A DNA stretch of 64,000 nucleotides, taken from positions 32,001 through 96,000 of IMG/VR virus record IMGVR_UViG_3300037067_016568, one strand, 5' to 3'. The position numbers and the translations under genes are program-made. Shown here in pieces: positions 57,616 through 64,000 of the stretch. The notes under the pieces were generated by a model, which ran no database searches, had not been told where the DNA came from, and saw only the letters and a list, made by a program, of their open reading frames with translations. The first letter of the stretch is position 1, and every line of letters starts with the position of its first letter. Origin of the DNA: a virus. Taxonomy: Duplodnaviria > Caudoviricetes.

Positions 57616-60111
57616 TTAGAATCCTTGACGTCGCAATCGCCGTCTTGGCCCGATGTCGATATCGACTTCTTCCTCTGGGGCTGCACCAAATTCCATACCA
57701 GGTGTCGCAGTTCTGCGCTGGCCACAGCCATAACAGACACCATGCTCATCGGGCGATTCTGACGATCCGCAATTTGGACACATCCGACCCTCTGGATCAA
57801 AGAAGCCAGGTGCTTCAGGATTGTGGGCTTGCTCATATTCAGGCTCATCGTCATCGATAATATCGTCTTCGAATTCGCCCTCAACATTGTCCATATCGTC
57901 AGAATCGAAGCCACGATAAAATGCTTCGCGTTCCGGCGTATGGATTTGGGAACCCCACGCCTCAGAAACCGTTTGGAAAGCACGCTTTGCAATTGGCCAT
58001 GCGAACGGCCCGACAACAGCTGCACCCCAATTGTGATTCTTAACTCTGCAGGCGATTCCTTCTGCTACAACGCGATCGGCAAAAGCATTGGCGACCATAC
58101 CTGTCTTGAACAGAATCTTGCCCTCGCAGAAAATCGGATCACGCTTCCTTGTCTCGGCCAGCGGCAATCTGTGGCGATGAATGATGGCCTTTTGGTGAGG
58201 AATGGAGTACAACGCCTCCAAAACGATATTCTTACCACTCATTACCTGCAGCAGCTCTTCAATTACTGTCAAGGCATCGGTGAGTGATGTATAAACGCCA
58301 GATGCATCCTCTGTCTTGACACCAAATCGTATCGTGTATTTTCCAGCACGACCAATTTTCTTAGCACCATGACTGATCGCTTCTTTGGCTACGCGCGATA
58401 GCCGCATAATATTCTCTTTCATGGTACCGCTGCCACCGCCAAAGGCAGCTTGACCGCCAGTATTCTTCATCTTCGGCTTCAACGGCGTTTGCTTTCCGGG
58501 AACTTCTGTAGTAATGCCATCCGAAGCAGTTCCGGATGTGCTTTCACATGTCTCTTGGGGAGGTATTTTGGTCCCCAATTCTCCCTGTCCCTTCTTTGTT
58601 TTATCGCTTGTGAAGTGCCCATGTGAATCAGCGCTAGCACCTTCAGCATTGACGCTACCCCATCCATTGCTTTCATGCAACAGATCACACAACATACAGC
58701 CGCTTTCATCAAGAATAGTGCCACACCGAGCACATCGAGATTCCGATCTCACTATCTTTTGAGATGGGGCCTCGGCACTTTTTTCGTCTGCCTCTCTCTC
58801 CTTCTCATCTGCGGCACCGGTAGATATGTCTTTGCCACGGCCTTTCATAGCAGTAGCAGTGGCATTCCCCTTAACACCCGATGCTATTTTCTGCATCAGA
58901 TTGCCGCTCTCCGGCGACGTGACCTCTTCGCCGGGGATTTCCTCTGTACATTCCATGCACTCGTCTTCCTCTTCCTGAGCACCATCATCTTCAGGGCCGA
59001 TATCGATATCGCCTTCGGCTGCTTCATCTTCTGGCGTTTCAAGCTGTTCGTTGTGGCCAGCAATTAAATTGGCAGCTCTTTCAAAGTCATCGCCGATAGC
59101 TTGAAAGACGTCGGCCAGGTCATCTGGTGTGCCGCCCTCAATATCAACGATTTCAGCCCCGATATCATCTTCAGGAGCTTCGATTTCACCGCCTTCGATT
59201 TCACCGCCTTCGATTTCACCGCCTTCGATTTCAGGAGGGATCTCATCATCCTCGCTGACCGGAATATCTGCGACGGCTCCAGAGCTAACCATCTCGGTTA
59301 TAGGGCGTGGTTGCCAGAATTTACCACTTGCATCGTTGCCCTCATAGAACATGAACTTTCGACTTGCAGCCATTAAATTCTGCAAATGTTGTTCTGACAA
59401 CATCGTTTGCACACCATGAGCCTGGCATAACTGCTGGAAATCCTCCAGGCAGACATAAGACGAATTCGTGCTATAATTTTCGAACAGACCCAGGAGATCG
59501 ACACTATCACCTTCCATTATGCTGGCAATATTGTCGAGAGACCATTCTTCAGCCATCCGATTTTGGCTGCCCTTGACGGTCTCGAATTGACCACCTTTGT
59601 TCTTCTGCATGGAGTTCTGGCCGAGTTCAGACCCCATCGTACCGATTGGGGTCGTGATGCCATCACTGGCCATTCCGGCAGCAATATTCATAGTCTCAAA
59701 TGTACCACCAGTATTCTTCTGTCTGGTCTTGAGATTCATGTCCTTGATCTGGGTAGTAATGCCGTCAGTGGCTTCTCCAGACTTGCTGTCGCCAAACTCA
59801 TCAAAGCCGCCGGTATTCTTCTGCTTGCCGCCGAGCTTATCAGTTTTACCACCCATTTTAGTCATGAAGTCGCCCTTGACTCCCTTAGCATCTTGGACTT
59901 CTTCTGAAATGCGTGATGTTGCCATTGCGAACTCCTGTAGTTTAATGGGTGCCTGGATATCTTGGCACTCTGGATCAAGCTCGTTTAATACCCTTTTGTC
60001 TTGCTGTCCGGACTTCTTAACAGTCCGCTCAGGATGACCCATTGGGTTTATCTCATCCTTCTCATTTTTGTCCGCATCAGCAGCATTAGGGACGTTTCGC
60101 GGTTTGTTCAT
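57616..60111 (-). CDS. Large acidic, low-complexity protein (head scaffold/internal-protein-like)
   Basis: Repeats DGITT..KNTGG and (EIEGG)3; many xxE sites; two Zn ribbons. Confidence 0.65.
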   Translation of the reverse strand: MNKPRNVPNAADADKNEKDEINPMGHPERTVKKSGQQDKRVLNELDPECQDIQAPIKLQEFAMATSRISEEVQDAKGVKGDFMTKMGGKTDKLGGKQKNTGGFDEFGDSKSGEATDGITTQIKDMNLKTRQKNTGGTFETMNIAAGMASDGITTPIGTMGSELGQNSMQKNKGGQFETVKGSQNRMAEEWSLDNIASIMEGDSVDLLGLFENYSTNSSYVCLEDFQQLCQAHGVQTMLSEQHLQNLMAASRKFMFYEGNDASGKFWQPRPITEMVSSGAVADIPVSEDDEIPPEIEGGEIEGGEIEGGEIEAPEDDIGAEIVDIEGGTPDDLADVFQAIGDDFERAANLIAGHNEQLETPEDEAAEGDIDIGPEDDGAQEEEDECMECTEEIPGEEVTSPESGNLMQKIASGVKGNATATAMKGRGKDISTGAADEKEREADEKSAEAPSQKIVRSESRCARCGTILDESGCMLCDLLHESNGWGSVNAEGASADSHGHFTSDKTKKGQGELGTKIPPQETCESTSGTASDGITTEVPGKQTPLKPKMKNTGGQAAFGGGSGTMKENIMRLSRVAKEAISHGAKKIGRAGKYTIRFGVKTEDASGVYTSLTDALTVIEELLQVMSGKNIVLEALYSIPHQKAIIHRHRLPLAETRKRDPIFCEGKILFKTGMVANAFADRVVAEGIACRVKNHNWGAAVVGPFAWPIAKRAFQTVSEAWGSQIHTPEREAFYRGFDSDDMDNVEGEFEDDIIDDDEPEYEQAHNPEAPGFFDPEGRMCPNCGSSESPDEHGVCYGCGQRRTATPGMEFGAAPEEEVDIDIGPRRRLRRQGF
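59178..59233. repeat. 15-nt tandem repeat encoding EIEGG
   Basis: cttcgatttcaccgc, about 3.5 copies. Confidence 0.9.
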
Positions 60112-60127
60112 ATTATATCTTTGAGCG

Positions 60128-60673
60128 TCATATATTAGATTTCTTTTTAAAGGCCCTAATTTGCCAATTCTTATCTGGTATATTTTCTTTATGTGCCGCT
60201 GCATCAGGCGCAACATATTCTATATAGGCTCTGTCTTCTATAATAACCCACTCGCAGTAGAATTGTCTGGAGCAGAAATCATTAACCTGCTTATGTAGGT
60301 CCCCGCCAGAAAAAATTATTCTGCGTGGAAAAGTTGCCAATGAAGAATCATAATATGTAAAGACTTTATGTTTATTATCAACTTCTTTCGACATTATCCT
60401 TCTCGATGATGATGTACTATTTTTAGTATCATCAATAATCATGGCTGGAAAATGCTGTACAAGAAATGATTCTAGAGCGATAGCCCATTGCCTATTTTTA
60501 GTAATAATACGTAGCAACTCATACATCTTTACTCTGTTCTCAGAACAACCATGGCCTCCCATCAGAAAATTCATAAGATCTTGATGCAGATCAGTATCAA
60601 GATTTTTTAGCCATGTTAGAAATAATTCTGATTTGGCTAAGTAGCAGAATTCAGCAGAGTTGATTTTCTTCAT
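60128..60673 (-). CDS. Hypothetical protein
   Basis: TGATG coupling to the upstream gene. Confidence 0.65.
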   Translation of the reverse strand: MKKINSAEFCYLAKSELFLTWLKNLDTDLHQDLMNFLMGGHGCSENRVKMYELLRIITKNRQWAIALESFLVQHFPAMIIDDTKNSTSSSRRIMSKEVDNKHKVFTYYDSSLATFPRRIIFSGGDLHKQVNDFCSRQFYCEWVIIEDRAYIEYVAPDAAAHKENIPDKNWQIRAFKKKSNI

Positions 60674-63600
60674 CAGGATATAACTGGGAACAGAATTATG
60701 TCGACATCATCAGGATTGCCCATTGCTTCCTTTGCGATCTGCTCAAGCTGTGATATGCGCTTATACAACACAACGCCACTCTCTGGGATTCCTGCAAAAT
60801 GTGAGCCATCCAATGTTGGCCAAGCGAATACGGGCCTGTTGTACTTCTCGATGCAAAGCTGCATACCATCTATATACTGCCGCGTTATTATATAATCTTG
60901 GCCAGCGATATCCACAACAATGCCTGGTGTCTGTGTCAAGTGCCAGCCTTCCATCATCCTCACCTGCGCGTAACTGATTGCGCAGCTATCATCAAATGAT
61001 TGAAACTCGAAGTCGTTTTTAACAAATAGGTCTTTCGTCGTAAAACGAACACTGATTTTACCTGATCCATCAAGGAGAACAGGAGATACTAACTTAGCTA
61101 TTACCTCTCCTCCTTGATGATCTATCTCTATTGTTAAACCACGATAGTTCGACCTAGCAACATCTTGCTCCGTAAAAGCACCTAAGTTGGGAAATCTTTT
61201 AGTGGCTTTTCCATTGTTTGACTGATATTCAATCTCTATGTGACCAGTATATTGATCACCAGATCTGAAACAACAATCTGTTATATCGACAACATATTCC
61301 CCCTTAGGGAGCTCTCCAGTAGCGGCCTTAAAGAATCCTTGATTTCCCTCGTCAACATCTAATATCAATTCGATACTATCGTCATGTAAAAGATTTTCAA
61401 CAGCATATGCTTTGAACTTTACCTCTGTTCCAGCCATAGACCATAAACCGTCAATAGACCATTTTGAGCAATTTGCATTGACTATCACCGATCCGAAGTT
61501 AGACACATCACCAAGACAATCTTGTGAATTCCAACCCAGAATTGTACATCTATAATCACTGCCGCCTACTCTATCCGTGAACTGTCCAGGTTCAACACTA
61601 ACAGGATCAACTTGCTCAACAATTATTTGTACGCTCTTTTTGTTAGGTGCATCGAAATTGAAACCGCCAGAATAAGCGTTATGGGCCACACGACATAATA
61701 TTAGATTATCAACAGCAAAAGGGGAACCTATCGTCATAGTGATAGCATCAGGAACCAACTCTTTCTCACATCGACTAGTAAACCAAGTTGCTAAAGATCC
61801 ATCACTGATGACAAAATCACGCGTCAATATGTTTCCGGTTCCATTCGGTAGCTCCCTACAGAACCGCTTATCTGTTTTTGATATCCTTGGCCCAACAGAA
61901 CCGCAGCTAGCAGAATAAGGTGGTTGTAACGGCAATGGATGCTCAACACGTATCTGCAGCCACCATGCCTCTAGCGGCCCTTGCGCCGCAACTATCCTGC
62001 GGTTTGTTTGAATGAAGGCATTGGACCATCCGTCCCCTGCGCCTTGTAAAAATCTTACATTTTTTGTAATTGCTTCTAAATTGAAACTGGATATATCGCC
62101 AGCTTGTCTGACAATGCAGATATTATAAACACCGTTAAATAGCTTATCAAAAAAATTGCCGTCACGAAACGTTATTTCCCCTAAGTTATCTCTGTAATCT
62201 GCACCAAATCCCTTTGTATAATAAATCTTGAATTCTGCATCAGATTCAATTTTTAACACTACTGGTTCATTTACATCAAATGCCGAAAGTGCCTCTGATA
62301 GCGACATGCTAGCATTTGGATCAGCTAGGATTTGTTGCCGAACAAGCGCCTCAAAACGAGAGTCACCAGGAGATACTAATTCGGCTGGGATACTAGACTC
62401 TAAGACCCAACTTGAGGCCGGTTTGGCATATGTCAAAACGTTAAATGTCATTCTGGCTAAATTCTGTCCACCATCAGTTCTGTGAGCGAATTGCACAGTT
62501 TTACAGCTTCGCAACTCATAAGCTTGCTGAGATACAGGATTTGCAACAGGATTACATGGTTGATCGACTACATAATAATTCGGATCTGTTTCTGATGTAT
62601 CGTCTGTCCCGGCATAGATTATCCACAAACCATCGGGAATGCCTGTAAAAACAATCTCGCCCTGGTTCGTCGTCGATGTTCCAGCATAAGCACTACAAAG
62701 TGGATAGCCAGTCGTATAATATCGCACGGAAACCCACGTGCTATTGATTGCCTCCGCGTCACCTGAAACAGTAACGACTAGGACGTTGGAACCTGAAGAA
62801 CATTTAACTATCTGTTGCACTGGTGTAGTTGTCACACCTGTCGTAGCTGTTGATGTAAGTTGTGTTATCTGTAACGTATTTGGCTGGACTAGAGACCATC
62901 CATCAGGAGCAAATAAACATCCATCTTTTTCAAGAGTGATATTATATTGCTCTAAGCTTGACAGATTCTTAAAATAAATATCACCATCACTGTTGGTTTG
63001 ACCGTAAGCCAAAGTAGTTCCGTTGGTTGACTTAACTGATACGACGACAGATTTGCATAACGATAACGGACTACCAGTTATTGTAACCCTAAGCTCAGAA
63101 CTTGTAACTGGATTGTTTGAGCGAAATGCATTAACTGCTAACTTGCGTGCCAATGAAACACCGGGCGGCAAATAAAGATTAACGCCTGGAGTAATCTTGC
63201 CGTATATAGCCCCTTGATATACTGTCGATGAGCCACTGCCCGTCTCTGGTATATCTAAAGCAGTATTATAGTCTGCTGGATATTCTGTATCTGGAACTTC
63301 AGCGGCTGAAGAAGTCAAAACGGCATCACGAGCAACATAACGAGGAATAAACCCAGGCGGGCATTCATCATATTTTAATGCTTTACCGTCTGAAGATAAT
63401 ATTATGCCTGGTATACATGCACTTCCACCAACTGGATCTAAATTATTAGGAAGATTATGGATGTTGTTTGCACCATATCCTTCACCACAAGATTGATCCA
63501 TAATAGTCGTATTGACTATCGACCTACCGCTCTGCCTCGGTTGGCCGTCAATTACTATACTCTGTGCTGTCGAATCAATAGACTCATTAGTAATGGTAGT

Positions 63601-63789
63601 CAAATGGCCGGTAGATGGATCGGTAAATGTAGTGGCTACAGCTGTTGTACTTTTCAGAGTCACAGCCTGTGATGCTTGAATTCTTTGCTCTTCAATATAA
63701 CGCCTTGTCTCAGCATTTCGCGATTGAGATTGACAATATTCTAACGCACAACATAGAGCTGCCTTTTGTTCGTCAAAAAGTCCAGCCAT
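60673..63789 (-). CDS. Large probable virion structural protein (1038 aa) with Ig/prealbumin-like domains
   Basis: GQTNSDGDIYFKNL and GEIVFTGIPDGLW beta-sandwich repeats. Confidence 0.65.
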   Translation of the reverse strand: MAGLFDEQKAALCCALEYCQSQSRNAETRRYIEEQRIQASQAVTLKSTTAVATTFTDPSTGHLTTITNESIDSTAQSIVIDGQPRQSGRSIVNTTIMDQSCGEGYGANNIHNLPNNLDPVGGSACIPGIILSSDGKALKYDECPPGFIPRYVARDAVLTSSAAEVPDTEYPADYNTALDIPETGSGSSTVYQGAIYGKITPGVNLYLPPGVSLARKLAVNAFRSNNPVTSSELRVTITGSPLSLCKSVVVSVKSTNGTTLAYGQTNSDGDIYFKNLSSLEQYNITLEKDGCLFAPDGWSLVQPNTLQITQLTSTATTGVTTTPVQQIVKCSSGSNVLVVTVSGDAEAINSTWVSVRYYTTGYPLCSAYAGTSTTNQGEIVFTGIPDGLWIIYAGTDDTSETDPNYYVVDQPCNPVANPVSQQAYELRSCKTVQFAHRTDGGQNLARMTFNVLTYAKPASSWVLESSIPAELVSPGDSRFEALVRQQILADPNASMSLSEALSAFDVNEPVVLKIESDAEFKIYYTKGFGADYRDNLGEITFRDGNFFDKLFNGVYNICIVRQAGDISSFNLEAITKNVRFLQGAGDGWSNAFIQTNRRIVAAQGPLEAWWLQIRVEHPLPLQPPYSASCGSVGPRISKTDKRFCRELPNGTGNILTRDFVISDGSLATWFTSRCEKELVPDAITMTIGSPFAVDNLILCRVAHNAYSGGFNFDAPNKKSVQIIVEQVDPVSVEPGQFTDRVGGSDYRCTILGWNSQDCLGDVSNFGSVIVNANCSKWSIDGLWSMAGTEVKFKAYAVENLLHDDSIELILDVDEGNQGFFKAATGELPKGEYVVDITDCCFRSGDQYTGHIEIEYQSNNGKATKRFPNLGAFTEQDVARSNYRGLTIEIDHQGGEVIAKLVSPVLLDGSGKISVRFTTKDLFVKNDFEFQSFDDSCAISYAQVRMMEGWHLTQTPGIVVDIAGQDYIITRQYIDGMQLCIEKYNRPVFAWPTLDGSHFAGIPESGVVLYKRISQLEQIAKEAMGNPDDVDIILFPVIS

Positions 63790-64000
63790 TACTGAAAGCC
63801 AAAACTGAACAATATTCTCACAATCACTTTTAATAGCAGCTACTTCGCGATTGAATTCAGTCTCAATCGATTCTAAAATGCCTGAAACATCTAAATAATA
63901 AACTTCCTGTGAATTGCTATAACAAGTATCAGGGAGCCATGTGATAACAGCCTGTGATGCAGTTGTTGGGAGTGCTACTAGCCATGTACTGTTAGACGTA
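63789..64000 (-). CDS. 3' end of a gene entering from the right edge (partial)
   Basis: TAATG overlap with the 1038-aa gene start. Confidence 0.45.

Noticed and set aside
1-64000. Alternative genetic code, tRNA or rRNA genes
   Set aside because: Long ORFs tile the window in the standard code with all three stops used; no tRNA or rRNA recognised by eye (tRNAscan not run)

Overview
This window looks like part of a large (jumbo-type) dsDNA phage genome in the standard genetic code. It has three zones: an accessory region (1-11 kb), a long virion/baseplate/tail-appendage block with many paralogs (11-41.5 kb), and a mixed block (41.5-64 kb) with nucleotide-metabolism, DNA-modification, sigma-like and head-associated genes. 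The standout is 1-5.9 kb, a minus-strand locus with no cas1/cas2/cas4 visible in the window. It holds four short CRISPR arrays sharing a 36-nt repeat, interleaved with genes. It also holds two tandem, divergent Cas12f/TnpB-like proteins that appear to lack the RuvC catalytic residues and the whole C-terminal zinc-finger/RuvC-III part. Two copies of an ~85-nt structured RNA pair, through a hairpin loop (CCUGU) and a 3' tail (AGUUACCU), with exactly the last 13 nt of the repeat. The best reading is a phage-encoded, nuclease-dead RNA-guided DNA-binding (regulatory) system; this is inference from motifs read by eye, with no database searches run. Secondary highlights: an orphan copy of the same 13-nt repeat core at 16796-16808, a very divergent 815-aa sigma-70-like protein, and a DUF2341/LamG-like cassette inserted into two different tail-protein scaffolds.
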